Part shown: one piece after another, positions 52,529 to 62,252 of the stretch
How the letters are laid out: each line of letters opens with the position of its first letter
How positions within the stretch are numbered: the stretch's first letter is position 1
Source: Actinomycetota bacterium
Lineage (GTDB): Bacteria > Actinomycetota > Acidimicrobiia > Acidimicrobiales > Ilumatobacteraceae
Direction of reading: 5' to 3'
Length of the DNA stretch: 62,304 nucleotides
Assembly (NCBI GenBank): GCA_027730505.1
Contig: JAQCGT010000001.1
Coordinates: 1 to 62,304 of the forward strand
Translations under genes and position numbers: made by a program
Notes under the pieces: generated by a model
Told to the model about the DNA's origin: nothing
The model's database searches: none
Seen by the model: only the letters and a program-made list of their open reading frames with translations

Positions 52529-54249
52529 CAGTCGGCCCCGAGCACGATGCTGGCCGACACCCGGCCTGCTCGTTCATGGAATGCGGTAGCGGTAACCGAT
52601 GTGCCAAGTGAGGCTCTGATGGTCCAGCGGGTGAGGCTCCGGTCAGGGGTTCCGTCGTTGCGCATGGCCCCAACTGTTGAGCGGCGACCTTCGAGCTGTC
52701 CATGAGAACGGCGGGCCGGACCGTCGATGACCTCAATGTCGTTCCCTTGGATCTCCGTGATGAGCGGGCGCACCAAATGGGTTCGTCGGGCGTGGGCGGA
52801 AACATCGGTGGGGAGCCATCCCGTGTTCGCAATACCGAGTGCTACCTCCCAGAGATCTCCGTCGCCGAGTCGACGGGCTGAGGCGAGCCTGACGACGAGC
52901 CGCGGCGACGCCAGAGCCTGATGCACGGCGAAGGTCACATGACCGTCAACTTCGGCGTGCAGCATGGCCGTCGGCGGGTTGTGCCAGACCGAGAACATGT
53001 CAGCGCCGCCGATCTCGATCGATCCGAGTTGTGGATGTTCGAAGGGCTCCCATGTGACGTAGCCGCTCGGATTGTGTGCGTCGCACCATCTGGCGACGGC
53101 GAGTTCCTGTTCTGCCGTGGGCCCGTCCCACCAGATCGTGGTCGGGGCGCGTTCACCGGTTGCATGGTGGATGACATCCCAGAACTCGGTCGTCCACGAA
53201 AAGACACCGAGATGGTCGTAGGCCCAGTCGTCAGCAGCGCCGCTCATCAGATCGTCACGGTCGGGTGTGAAGTCCTCGTACACCGAATGGCACCGATACC
53301 CGGTTACCTCGGTGCCACGAGTGCCGAGCGTGCGCCAGACGTCAAGGTCAGCAGCGGGCAGCGATGCATCGGGTCGGGTGCTGCTCGGGCGCAGAAGCAC
53401 GCCACCAAAGGTGTGGAAGGCGTTGTAGCCACAGATATTGGGACGTGCGCGTATGGCCCGAACGAGGGCATCGATCTCGGGTTCGGAGAGCGGATGGTCG
53501 CCGCTCCCGGTGACTGACGTCGACCATCCTGCTGGGAAGTTGCGGTTGAGGTCGAGACCTGACGGATCGCGCGGTGTCGGAATGGTGAACCCGTCGTGGT
53601 CGACCAGCTCGCCCTCGGTGAGAAGGCGGTAGCGGGTTCGACTTGGATCGCAGACACCGTCGACCGGCACCTGCACCATCACACGGGTGTCGTCGGGATG
53701 CTCCACCCATGCGCCGTCTGGATCGGAGATGCGCATCGTTCGGATTCGTCCGTTGCCGTCGATGTCGGCGGGATGCAACCCGGGGAAACGATGACCGTCG
53801 ATCCATGGCCACGAGCGAGTGCTCGAGCGATGATGACGTGGACGATCGGCGAGGGCAGCTTCGACCCCGTCGGGATTGACGCGCGGGGCGACGTACACGG
53901 TGCGTGTGGCGAGGAGTTCGGTAATGGCAGGGTCGGAGCCGTACTCAGTCACGAGTCGGCGGATGAGGTGCAGCGCAGCGACACCACCGGTCGCCTCGAC
54001 CGAATGGATGTTGGCGTCGATCCAGTGGGCGGGCTTGTTTTCGGCTGGGCCCGTCGCGCTATCGGTGATCGTCGCAAGGAGCAGCTCGCGGCCCTCATGA
54101 GACGTGCCGTACGTCTCGAGGGCCACGAGGTCTGGCCGCGCCGCTGCAACTGCGGACAACCACTCGCTCATCTCGTCGTATCGCAGGAATCGATCGGTAA
54201 CCGCATCCGGCATGTCGGGCATGGGCGCTGACGCTAGTCGGGTCGACAA
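52528..54249 (-). CDS. M14-family zinc carboxypeptidase-like protein
   Basis: The N-terminal pattern ...GTSHEGRELLLATI...HWIDANIHSVE carries the HxxE zinc motif. The large C-terminal extension is unrecognised. Confidence 0.75.
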   Translation of the reverse strand: MSTRLASAPMPDMPDAVTDRFLRYDEMSEWLSAVAAARPDLVALETYGTSHEGRELLLATITDSATGPAENKPAHWIDANIHSVEATGGVAALHLIRRLVTEYGSDPAITELLATRTVYVAPRVNPDGVEAALADRPRHHRSSTRSWPWIDGHRFPGLHPADIDGNGRIRTMRISDPDGAWVEHPDDTRVMVQVPVDGVCDPSRTRYRLLTEGELVDHDGFTIPTPRDPSGLDLNRNFPAGWSTSVTGSGDHPLSEPEIDALVRAIRARPNICGYNAFHTFGGVLLRPSSTRPDASLPAADLDVWRTLGTRGTEVTGYRCHSVYEDFTPDRDDLMSGAADDWAYDHLGVFSWTTEFWDVIHHATGERAPTTIWWDGPTAEQELAVARWCDAHNPSGYVTWEPFEHPQLGSIEIGGADMFSVWHNPPTAMLHAEVDGHVTFAVHQALASPRLVVRLASARRLGDGDLWEVALGIANTGWLPTDVSAHARRTHLVRPLITEIQGNDIEVIDGPARRSHGQLEGRRSTVGAMRNDGTPDRSLTRWTIRASLGTSVTATAFHERAGRVSASIVLGAD

Positions 54250-54259
54250 GACTGGCGAG

Positions 54260-56515
54260 ATGGTGACCCCATCGCTACTCGGTACGGCCAGACGGCGCCG
54301 TTGCGAGTTGGTGGTCGCGGCAGTGGCTGTCTGGGCTGGGCGCTCGTTCTGGATGCCGGGCGGCGTGGTGACGAGTTATGACGGGGCTACCTATTCGATG
54401 CCGAACACCGAGGTGACCCGGGCGGCCCTGACCGGTGGTCGCGTTCCCGTGCTCAACGATCAGATCTTCGGTGGAGTGCCCCATCTGGGCAACCACGCAG
54501 TCGGTGTGTTCTATCCGCCGCGGCTCGTGGCACTGCTGTTCGACACGGCCACCGGACATGGCCTTGTGGTGGCGGCCCATCTTGTGTTTCTCGGGGTCGG
54601 AATCACCGTGCTGGCACGCCACCTCCGCCTCAGCGGCCTCGCCGCTGGCGCGGCTGGTACGACCGGGGTGCTGGCAGGGGCGACGCTGACCAAGACGATT
54701 CAGTACGAGCAGATTCAGCCGGTTGCTTGGTTGCCATGGATGATGCTCGCCGTGCTCTCCGTGGGAGTTGCGGGAGCGCCGCGTCGCCGCGTCGGACTCT
54801 TAGCACTGGTGACGGCAATGACGCTGCTCAGTGGCCACCCGCAGTTGGTGATTGAGGTGGCGGTGGTGGCCGCTGCCGTGGCAGTCGGTGCGGTCGTTTC
54901 CCGTCACATCGGACTCGGTCGGCTCGTCGTTGGGGTGGGGGTGGGGGCGCTCATGTGTGCTGTCCAGATCGTCGCCACGCTGTCCGCCCGATCTGTCGGC
55001 GCTCTCGAGCAAGGCCGCACCTTCGACGATCTGGCGAATGGTGCGTTCATTCTTCAGGCCAGAGCCATTGCCCGCGCCGTGTTCGGCACAGTGCTCGAAC
55101 GCGACCCGGCAGCATTCTCAGGGGCATTTGAAGCGATCGTGTGGATCGGGGTGGTGGCGTCGGTGCTCGTCTTCTTGGGTGGTGCCGATGCGCTCGCCCG
55201 GCCCGACTGGAGGTTCTGGTCGGTGCCGGTGGTCGCGATGGCCGCACTCGGGCTGATCTGGTCGTTGGGACCGAGGACCCCGGTCTTCAGGGTTGCCTAT
55301 GCCGTCATCCCCGGCTTCGATCTCGGTCGGGTGTCCGCACGCTGGCTCGTGATCTCGGCGGTGCTGGCAGCGTTGCTCGTCGGGGTCGGCGTCGACGCGG
55401 TCTCCAAAGTCATCTCGAGGCGGCGAGCGCTCGCGGGTAGCGGGCTCGCGGTTGTTGTGATTCTGTTCGTGGTCGGTCCGCTGTCTTCGGGATCGCGGAC
55501 GATCGATGGGATGTGGATTGCATCGGTCGTCGTTGTGGTGGCGGCGATCAGATTCGTTCGCCCCGAGCGCCGATCGACGGTCCTTGTCGCTCTGCTCATG
55601 GTCGAGATGACGCTGTTGTCACTCCAGGCACTCCCAGGTCGTCTGGTCCTCGATGAGGCGGTTGGGACGGCGGTGAGTCCGGCCATCGGCGAACTTCAGG
55701 GATTGGCTGCCTCCGGCGGGTTGGTGGTGGCGCTGACCCCTGACGGGGGACCACACGATGAGTTGGTGCTCGGCCTTCGGCCGAACTCGAACGTGTGGTT
55801 CGGCTTACGTTCCATCGATGGCTACGACGGCGGGGTGCAGGTCACAGAGGACTGGGCGGCGATGTTGCGCCGGTTCACTCCTGAGCCAGCGCTCGACATG
55901 CCGTTGCGAAGTTCGCTGTCAACCCCGGTGTCGCCGTCGTCGATGGCCCGACTTGGGGTGCGGTGGATGGTGGTCGCTCGAGATCGTGATCCGGCTGAAT
56001 GGGTGCCTGACTGGATCGGGCCGGTGGCTGAGGACGAACGGCTCACGATCTGGGAGAACCCGGCGTGGATTGCCGATGCTGTCGCTTGGTATGACTCGGC
56101 GTCACCCGTCGGCCACCCCGCTGATGACCTTCGGATGTTCGCGGCATCGTTCGGGCAGACCGTGCTCGCCGCAGACGCACCGGTTTCGTGCTCGGGTGCG
56201 TGCCCACCGGTAGGGCTCGAACTCGAGAGGGTCAGCGCCGAGCATCTGGTGGTCTCTGGGCAGGTCGACCAGAGCGCAATCGTCACGGTTCCGGTGCAGG
56301 CGATTCCGGGGTGGACGGCGACCGTCAACGGGGAATTGTCACCCGTGGTCAAGGTCGACGGGCTCTTCATCGGCGTTCTCGTCGAGCCGGGTGACAACTC
56401 GATCGTGCTGCGATACCAGCCTGGTTGGTGGTGGCCGAGCGCCGTGGTGTCGGTCGTCGCTATCAGCATTGCGCTGGTCCTGATCGTCGACCGGCGCCGA
56501 CGAGTCACATCGTGA
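54260..56515 (+). CDS. Large polytopic membrane protein with an extracytoplasmic C-terminal domain and a terminal TM (YfhO / glycosyltransferase-C-like architecture)
   Basis: Start chosen at MVTPSLLGTARRRR (ATG 54260). It has about 12 TM helices, a ~250-aa soluble region and a final TM (WWWPSAVVSVVAISIALVLIV). The family call rests on architecture only. Confidence 0.5.
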   Translation: MVTPSLLGTARRRRCELVVAAVAVWAGRSFWMPGGVVTSYDGATYSMPNTEVTRAALTGGRVPVLNDQIFGGVPHLGNHAVGVFYPPRLVALLFDTATGHGLVVAAHLVFLGVGITVLARHLRLSGLAAGAAGTTGVLAGATLTKTIQYEQIQPVAWLPWMMLAVLSVGVAGAPRRRVGLLALVTAMTLLSGHPQLVIEVAVVAAAVAVGAVVSRHIGLGRLVVGVGVGALMCAVQIVATLSARSVGALEQGRTFDDLANGAFILQARAIARAVFGTVLERDPAAFSGAFEAIVWIGVVASVLVFLGGADALARPDWRFWSVPVVAMAALGLIWSLGPRTPVFRVAYAVIPGFDLGRVSARWLVISAVLAALLVGVGVDAVSKVISRRRALAGSGLAVVVILFVVGPLSSGSRTIDGMWIASVVVVVAAIRFVRPERRSTVLVALLMVEMTLLSLQALPGRLVLDEAVGTAVSPAIGELQGLAASGGLVVALTPDGGPHDELVLGLRPNSNVWFGLRSIDGYDGGVQVTEDWAAMLRRFTPEPALDMPLRSSLSTPVSPSSMARLGVRWMVVARDRDPAEWVPDWIGPVAEDERLTIWENPAWIADAVAWYDSASPVGHPADDLRMFAASFGQTVLAADAPVSCSGACPPVGLELERVSAEHLVVSGQVDQSAIVTVPVQAIPGWTATVNGELSPVVKVDGLFIGVLVEPGDNSIVLRYQPGWWWPSAVVSVVAISIALVLIVDRRRRVTS

Positions 56516-57287
56516 ATCGAAGGTTGCGGGCCGCTCGGTCGCCGAGTTCGGCGTCACCGTCCCAGCGGATCGAACCCGAATCGATTGCGCCCTGGGGATC
56601 GATGCGACCGCAGGCGAGCAACGCGAATGTCGTCGAGTCGGCGGTGATGGTGACATCGACGGGATCGCTGTCGTCGCAGAGTCCAGCTCGACCGGTGACA
56701 CGCACGGTGTAGTGCGCGTTCACTGGGCCGGTGAGTGCGAATCGGATCGAGGAGCCATCAGGAAGGCCGATCCGTTTGCCGACGATGTAGGGGAGTGACA
56801 TCCGGATCTCGTCGATGGAGCGCTCGGCGGCAGGACCGTCCTCGTGGCCAGGCAAGCCGAGCGGACGACGAATGTCTTGTTCGTGTACCCAGTGGTCGAA
56901 TACGCGGATGTCCATGAACCTGCCGTAGGTGCCGGGTCCGACCGGTGTCATGACCGGAGTCGCCATGTCGTCGTCGGTGAGCGCCGCCAACTCGGCGCGT
57001 CGTTGCGCCGTCACGTGGCGGAATCGATCGAGGAGAGCGTCGGGGTTGAGGTCGGCCATCTCAGCGCTCGCCCGCCCCACCCGTTCAAACGGCAATGAGT
57101 CGCTGAAGGCTGATGGTGGTTCGCCGAGCAGCATCTCCTCCACGGCGACGAGGTGCACGATGACGCCGGCAACGTCCCAGTCAGGGCACAGCGATCGGGT
57201 CGACCACGCCGTTGGTTCAAGCGATTCGAGAAGGTTGTCGAGCGACGCCCAGCAGTGATCGAGCATCGACGGTGCTTCGTGGGTCAT
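56505..57287 (-). CDS. Maleylpyruvate-isomerase-family mycothiol-dependent (DinB/MDMPI-like) protein with an SCP2-like C-terminal domain
   Basis: Start chosen at [16 protein letters not shown]...W...[15 protein letters not shown] (ATG 57287). The C-terminus ...[19 protein letters not shown]...GD.ELG is typical of this family. Confidence 0.7.
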   Translation of the reverse strand: MTHEAPSMLDHCWASLDNLLESLEPTAWSTRSLCPDWDVAGVIVHLVAVEEMLLGEPPSAFSDSLPFERVGRASAEMADLNPDALLDRFRHVTAQRRAELAALTDDDMATPVMTPVGPGTYGRFMDIRVFDHWVHEQDIRRPLGLPGHEDGPAAERSIDEIRMSLPYIVGKRIGLPDGSSIRFALTGPVNAHYTVRVTGRAGLCDDSDPVDVTITADSTTFALLACGRIDPQGAIDSGSIRWDGDAELGDRAARNLRFTM

Positions 57288-57994
57288 GAACTCTCCTCGG
57301 TGGTTGATTGGCCAGGTGAGATCACCTTGCCGCGGTCGATCGACACCCAATCGCGGGCCTCGAGATAGGGGCGGAAGACCTCGGCGATTCGCCTGCCGTC
57401 GCGCTCGGTCTTGGGATGTTGGAGTTCGTACAACTCAGGGAAACGCGCCCAGAGCCGCACGGCACTCCAGAGTTCGACCGCGTCTGAACCTGTCGGCGGG
57501 TCGAGGAGGACCGGCCCGAACAGGCAGTGATCGCCGATGAAGAGGGTCGGCACGCCGTATCCACCGGCATCGATGACCCGGGCATGATCGGTGCGGATCT
57601 CGTCATGAGTGGTCGGATCGCTCAGCGCCTCGTCGACGATGCCCGGGTCAAGCCCGAGTTCACCGAGTAGGTGGCGGGCCACTGCGGGATCGTGGGGCTT
57701 GTGGCCCTCCACGTGAAGGGCCCGACCAGCCCGTTCGTACCACATGTCGACGAGGTCCATCGACTGTCGGCGCAGGATCACACCGATGCGCATCATCGAC
57801 CAGCCGTACGACCATTCCCGCTCCCACGGGTGCTTCTTGCCCTCGATCCGGTTGACCTCCTCGAGGCTGAAGAAGCGCCAATCGATGTCGAGTCCGATCT
57901 CATCACGTACTGAGCGAATCCAGCGTGAGGTCTGATATGCCCACGGACACATGACGTCGAAGTGGAACGAGACCGTCGTCGGCTCGGTGGTCAT
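57284..57994 (-). CDS. DsbA-like thioredoxin-fold protein (Rv2466c / mycothiol-dependent reductase-like) with a single-Cys CPWA motif
   Basis: The N-terminus [19 protein letters not shown] resembles the DsbA-like FDPLCPWC.. motif, but the second Cys is Ala. Its stop overlaps the downstream start by 4 nt. Confidence 0.7.
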   Translation of the reverse strand: MTTEPTTVSFHFDVMCPWAYQTSRWIRSVRDEIGLDIDWRFFSLEEVNRIEGKKHPWEREWSYGWSMMRIGVILRRQSMDLVDMWYERAGRALHVEGHKPHDPAVARHLLGELGLDPGIVDEALSDPTTHDEIRTDHARVIDAGGYGVPTLFIGDHCLFGPVLLDPPTGSDAVELWSAVRLWARFPELYELQHPKTERDGRRIAEVFRPYLEARDWVSIDRGKVISPGQSTTEESS

Positions 57995-58086
57995 GGCCTT
58001 GACCCTAGACCGACTGGGACGAGGAGCCGGAGGCGGGAGAGAGTTCTTCTCATCGCTCTTTCGAGGTAACTCAGGTGCAACGAACC

Positions 58087-58125
58087 GTTCACCTACAGAT
58101 GTGAACCTCCCGCCGAAAGTTCACC
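58087..58125. promoter_or_regulatory. GTTCAC-N8-GTGAAC palindrome plus a third GTTCACC copy upstream of the 58144 gene; candidate operator
   Basis: gttcacc lies at 58087-58093, gtgaac at 58101-58106 and gttcacc at 58119-58125. The last copy is 19-25 nt upstream of the TTG start. Confidence 0.2.
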
Positions 58126-58143
58126 GAAGAAAGGCAGGACTCC

Positions 58144-60000
58144 TTGTTTCCAACCCCGCGTTCCCTCGCCACCGGCGCAATGCTCGTCGCCGGTCTAGCA
58201 CTGCTCACCCCCAGCCTCGTCGCCGCTGAGGCCCCGGCCCCCTCGGGCACGGTCACCGTCGAAGCGCTCGGCACCTACGACGGAGGGGGTTTCGCCCACG
58301 CCGAGATTGTGGCGTTTGACTCATCCTCTGACCGCATGATCGTCTCCAATGACGAAGAGGTCACGGTCGACATCGTGTCGATCGCTGATCCGACGTCGCC
58401 CGCGCTCGTCGCTGCGGTTGCGATGTCCGAGTATGGCGACGGAGTGAATGGCGTAGCCGCCCATGACGGCTTGATTGCCGTTGCGGTGGAGAACTCAGCC
58501 ACGTTCGATGAGACCACCGGCGCTCCGACGGCCCACAACGGCAACGTCGTGTTCCTCAACAGTGATGGTGGTCACGTGGCGACCGTCGAAGTCGGGGTGC
58601 TTCCTGACGCAGTCGCCTTCAGCCCCGACGGTTCGAAGCTCGTCGTGTCCGGCGAGGCCGAGCCGATCTGCGCCGAGGATGTCGGCGGTGGAGAGAACGA
58701 GGATCCGGCACTCGCCCTCGATCCGAACGGGACCATCGGCGTGATCGACATCACGAACGGATTGCCAGCATCGACAGCCACAGTTCTCGACTTCACCGGA
58801 TTCGACACCGACACGCTTAAGGCCGCTGGGGTGCGCATCTTCTTCCCAGGGTCGAGCGCAGCTCAGGACCTCGAGCCCGAGTACGCCGTCATCAGCGACG
58901 ACTCGAAGACGGCGTACGTGACGCTTCAGGAGGCGAACGCCGTGGCGGTCGTCGACCTGACAACACCGGCCATCTCGGCTGTGGTGCCGCTCGGCACGAA
59001 GGACTTCTCGACGCTTCTCATGGACGCCAGCAACCGCGATGACGGGGCGAACCTGCAGAACTGGGATGTGGAGGGCATTTACATGCCCGACGCCATCGAT
59101 TACTACAGCGTTGGTGGCTCTGGCTACCTCGTGACCGCCAATGAAGGCGACTCCCGCGACTACGACTGCTATAGCGAGGAGGCCCGCATGAAGGATCTGA
59201 CCGACCCTGATGAGGTTGGCTTCACCTCGGCACTGTCGGCTGACCTGGAGACTGCCATCGCTGACGATGCCCTCCTCGGCCGCCTCAACTCGACAACAGC
59301 AATGCCGACGAGCGATCCCGTGGAGACGCTCTACATGTGGGGTGCCCGTTCGTTCACGATCTGGAATACCTCGGGCGAACTCGTCTGGGACTCAGGCTCC
59401 CAGTTCGAGGAGTACGTCGCTGCGAATTACGAGGACTACCTCAACACCCAGGCTGACACTGAGTACGACCCGAACGAGGACGGCACGGTTACCGCTGCTG
59501 AGATGGTCGCCTCGATGGCCGAAGAGGTCGATGGTCGTTCCGACGACAAGGGTGGCGAACCAGAGGCCGTTGCGGTCGGACGTGTCGGCGATCGCTATTA
59601 CGCCTTCGTCGGTCTCGAGCGTCAGGGTGGGATCATGGTGTACGACGTCACCGATCCGGCTTCGCCGATGTTCGAGGACTACGTGAATCTCGCTCTCGAC
59701 GAGTTGATTGCCGGCGGAGACTTCACTGCACCAGGCACGACTGACGTATCACCAGAGGGTGTGAAGTTTGTGTCTGCGGGGGAAAGCCCCACCGGAGTTC
59801 CTCTCCTGCTCGTCGCGAACGAGTTGTCGGGGACGACGACGGTGTACGCCGTCACGGGCTCCGAGATCGAGGCCACTCTCGCAGCGGCGGCAGTGACCTT
59901 GCCGTCGACTGGCTCCGGGGTGCAACTCGCACTGCTCGGCGCTCTACTCCTCATCGCTGGGGCCATGTTGCCGCTGGTGGTGGGGCGGCGTCGGGTCTGA
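58144..60000 (+). CDS. Cell-wall-anchored (LPSTG) choice-of-anchor-I-like / beta-propeller surface protein
   Basis: It has a signal peptide (the start is TTG 58144 or ATG 58180). LEPEYAVISDDSKTAYVTLQEANAVAVVDL and EGDSRDY patterns are typical of choice-of-anchor I proteins. The C-terminal sorting signal is LPSTG plus a hydrophobic stretch plus RRRV. Confidence 0.7.
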   Translation: MFPTPRSLATGAMLVAGLALLTPSLVAAEAPAPSGTVTVEALGTYDGGGFAHAEIVAFDSSSDRMIVSNDEEVTVDIVSIADPTSPALVAAVAMSEYGDGVNGVAAHDGLIAVAVENSATFDETTGAPTAHNGNVVFLNSDGGHVATVEVGVLPDAVAFSPDGSKLVVSGEAEPICAEDVGGGENEDPALALDPNGTIGVIDITNGLPASTATVLDFTGFDTDTLKAAGVRIFFPGSSAAQDLEPEYAVISDDSKTAYVTLQEANAVAVVDLTTPAISAVVPLGTKDFSTLLMDASNRDDGANLQNWDVEGIYMPDAIDYYSVGGSGYLVTANEGDSRDYDCYSEEARMKDLTDPDEVGFTSALSADLETAIADDALLGRLNSTTAMPTSDPVETLYMWGARSFTIWNTSGELVWDSGSQFEEYVAANYEDYLNTQADTEYDPNEDGTVTAAEMVASMAEEVDGRSDDKGGEPEAVAVGRVGDRYYAFVGLERQGGIMVYDVTDPASPMFEDYVNLALDELIAGGDFTAPGTTDVSPEGVKFVSAGESPTGVPLLLVANELSGTTTVYAVTGSEIEATLAAAAVTLPSTGSGVQLALLGALLLIAGAMLPLVVGRRRV

Positions 60001-60012
60001 TTTCTGCTGCAT

Positions 60013-60041
60013 CGTGCGGGGGCGCCTGTCGCCCCCGCACG
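60013..60041 (+). terminator. Stem-loop terminator after the surface-protein gene
   Basis: cgtgcgggggcg (60013-60024) and cgcccccgcacg (60030-60041) are perfect 12-bp complements around a 5-nt loop. The hairpin begins 13 nt after the stop. No U-tract follows. Confidence 0.55.
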
Positions 60042-60087
60042 ACACACTCGCCAACGGCGGCGTCGCAGATGTGTACATTTTGTAAAC

Positions 60088-61287
60088 ATGCGTGACCTCG
60101 CCGATCGGCTCGAACACCTCGGAACCGAGACCGCCTTCGCCGTCTCGAAGGCGGCCGCCGATTGGGCGGCTGCGGGCAACACCGTCTACCCATTCCATCT
60201 CGGTGACATCGATCTGCCGACACCCCGCAACATCGTCACAGCCATGAACGCGGCCATCGAGGCGGGTCGAACCGGCTATTGCCCGGCGCCGGGCATCCCT
60301 GAGTTGCGGGCAGCCCTCGCCGCCGACATCGGGTCGCGACGCTCGATGACGTTCGTGCCTGAGCAGATCGCCGTACAGCCCGGCGGTAAGCCGGTGATCA
60401 CCAAGTTCATCCAAACGCTGATGCGACCCGGTCAGGGCGTGCTCTATCCGAGCCCTGGCTACCCCATCTATGAGAGCCAGGTCGAGTACTTCGGCGGTCG
60501 ACCCCTGCCCTATGGATATCGACGCACCGACGAGGGTTTCGAGATCGACCTCGACCGTTTGGCCGAACTTGCACCGCAGGCATCGGTGCTCATCTACAAC
60601 AACCTGCAGAACCCGCTCGGCTGCGAGAGCTCACAATCCGAGATGGACGCGGTCGCTGCGCTGGCGATTGAGCACGATCTCTGGGTCTTGTCCGATGAGG
60701 CCTACTTCGAGATGCGCTACTCGGGGTCGTCCACCTCGATCGCATCGCTCGACGGCATGGCTGACCGAACCGTCATCTTGTACACGTTCTCCAAGAAATT
60801 CGCGATGACCGGCTGGCGACTCGGTTGTGCGGCGGGCCCGGAACGCGTGATCGAGATGATCGCGAAGCTCAACACCAACGATGAGAGTTGCACCACGCAC
60901 TTCATCCAGCACGCAGGGGTCGCAGCGCTGGCTGATCCGAGCGGAGCCGCTTCGCTGCTCGACGAACTGCGCCGCCGTCGTGATGCGACTGCCGCTGCGC
61001 TTGCTGACGTGCCCGGCGTGCGGTTCGCTGTGCCAGAGGCCACCTTCTATCTCTTCCCGGATGTCTCCGAAGCGATGGATCGCACCGGTCACACTGCTGT
61101 CGGAGACTTCGCCACCGCAGCGCTGCACGCCACCGGGGTGTCGTTCTGCACGCGTCACCACTTCGGCCGGCCGCTGCCGGGCGAAGACGATCGTGCGATC
61201 CGGCTCGCGTACTCGGGAATCGGGGTCGACGCGATCGGTGAGGGCCTCGGCCGTCTGGCTGAGTGGGTCGATGGGGACGGACGATGA
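60088..61287 (+). CDS. Class I/II pyridoxal-phosphate-dependent aminotransferase
   Basis: 399 aa with the PLP-Lys motif YTFSKKFAMTGWRLG, NLQNPLG and a C-terminal IRLAY. Confidence 0.85.
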   Translation: MRDLADRLEHLGTETAFAVSKAAADWAAAGNTVYPFHLGDIDLPTPRNIVTAMNAAIEAGRTGYCPAPGIPELRAALAADIGSRRSMTFVPEQIAVQPGGKPVITKFIQTLMRPGQGVLYPSPGYPIYESQVEYFGGRPLPYGYRRTDEGFEIDLDRLAELAPQASVLIYNNLQNPLGCESSQSEMDAVAALAIEHDLWVLSDEAYFEMRYSGSSTSIASLDGMADRTVILYTFSKKFAMTGWRLGCAAGPERVIEMIAKLNTNDESCTTHFIQHAGVAALADPSGAASLLDELRRRRDATAAALADVPGVRFAVPEATFYLFPDVSEAMDRTGHTAVGDFATAALHATGVSFCTRHHFGRPLPGEDDRAIRLAYSGIGVDAIGEGLGRLAEWVDGDGR

Positions 61288-62252
61288 CTGGCAACCGTCC
61301 GAAGATCGTCGTCACCGGTCGGATCCCCGAACCGGGATTGGACCGTTTGCGTGCGATCGGTGAAGTCTGGGCATGGTCCGACGACCAGCCCATCTCGATC
61401 GATGTCCGTGATCGCGAGCTGGCCACAGCCGACGCGGCGGTGACACTCCTCACCGACCGAGTCGATGAGGCCTTCCTCGATGCTGCACCGAACCTGCGCG
61501 TGGTCGCCAACGTGGCTGTTGGATTCAACAACATCGACGTGGATGCCTGTCGTCGTCGAGGCGTCATCGTGACGAACACCCCCGGTGTGCTGACCGACGC
61601 AACCGCCGATCTCGCCATGGCGTTGATCCTGATGGTCACGCGCCGACTTGGCGAGGGCGAACGGCTCATTCGCTCTGGAACCCCATGGCAGTGGGGCATG
61701 TTCATGATGCTCGGTACCGGACTTCAGGGACGACGGCTGGGCATCATCGGCATGGGCGGCATTGGCGTCGCTCTTGCCCGGCGCGCTCGAGCGTTCGGCA
61801 TGTCGATCGCGTATCACAACCGCTCGGCCGTGAGCGCCGATATCGCTGCGGAACTCGAAGCGGAACGACTCGACCTCGACACACTTCTACGCACCTGCGA
61901 CGTCGTCTCGCTCAACTGCCCGTATTCACCTGAGACCCACCACCTCATCGACGCGCGTTCGCTGGCATCGATGCGTCGCGATGCCGTCCTCGTCAACACC
62001 GCACGCGGTCCGATCGTCGATGAGGCAGCACTTGCGATGGCGCTTCGAGACGGCACCATCGCCGCAGCGGCGCTCGACGTGTTCGAGAACGAGCCTTCGG
62101 TGCACCCCGATCTGCTCGGACTCGACAATGCAGTGCTCGTACCGCACCTCGGGTCGGCGACCATCGAGACACGAACAGCCATGGCGACACTCGCAGCCGA
62201 CAACGTCGTGGCTGTCGTGAGCGGCGGCTCGGCGATCACTCCGGTCGGGTAA
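61284..62252 (+). CDS. D-isomer-specific 2-hydroxyacid dehydrogenase (glyoxylate/hydroxypyruvate reductase-like)
   Basis: Start chosen at MTGNRPKIVVTG, where the ATG overlaps the upstream TGA. It has the NAD motif GIIGMGGIGVALARRA, the catalytic region NTARGPIVDE and PHLGSAT. Confidence 0.85.
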   Translation: MTGNRPKIVVTGRIPEPGLDRLRAIGEVWAWSDDQPISIDVRDRELATADAAVTLLTDRVDEAFLDAAPNLRVVANVAVGFNNIDVDACRRRGVIVTNTPGVLTDATADLAMALILMVTRRLGEGERLIRSGTPWQWGMFMMLGTGLQGRRLGIIGMGGIGVALARRARAFGMSIAYHNRSAVSADIAAELEAERLDLDTLLRTCDVVSLNCPYSPETHHLIDARSLASMRRDAVLVNTARGPIVDEAALAMALRDGTIAAAALDVFENEPSVHPDLLGLDNAVLVPHLGSATIETRTAMATLAADNVVAVVSGGSAITPVG

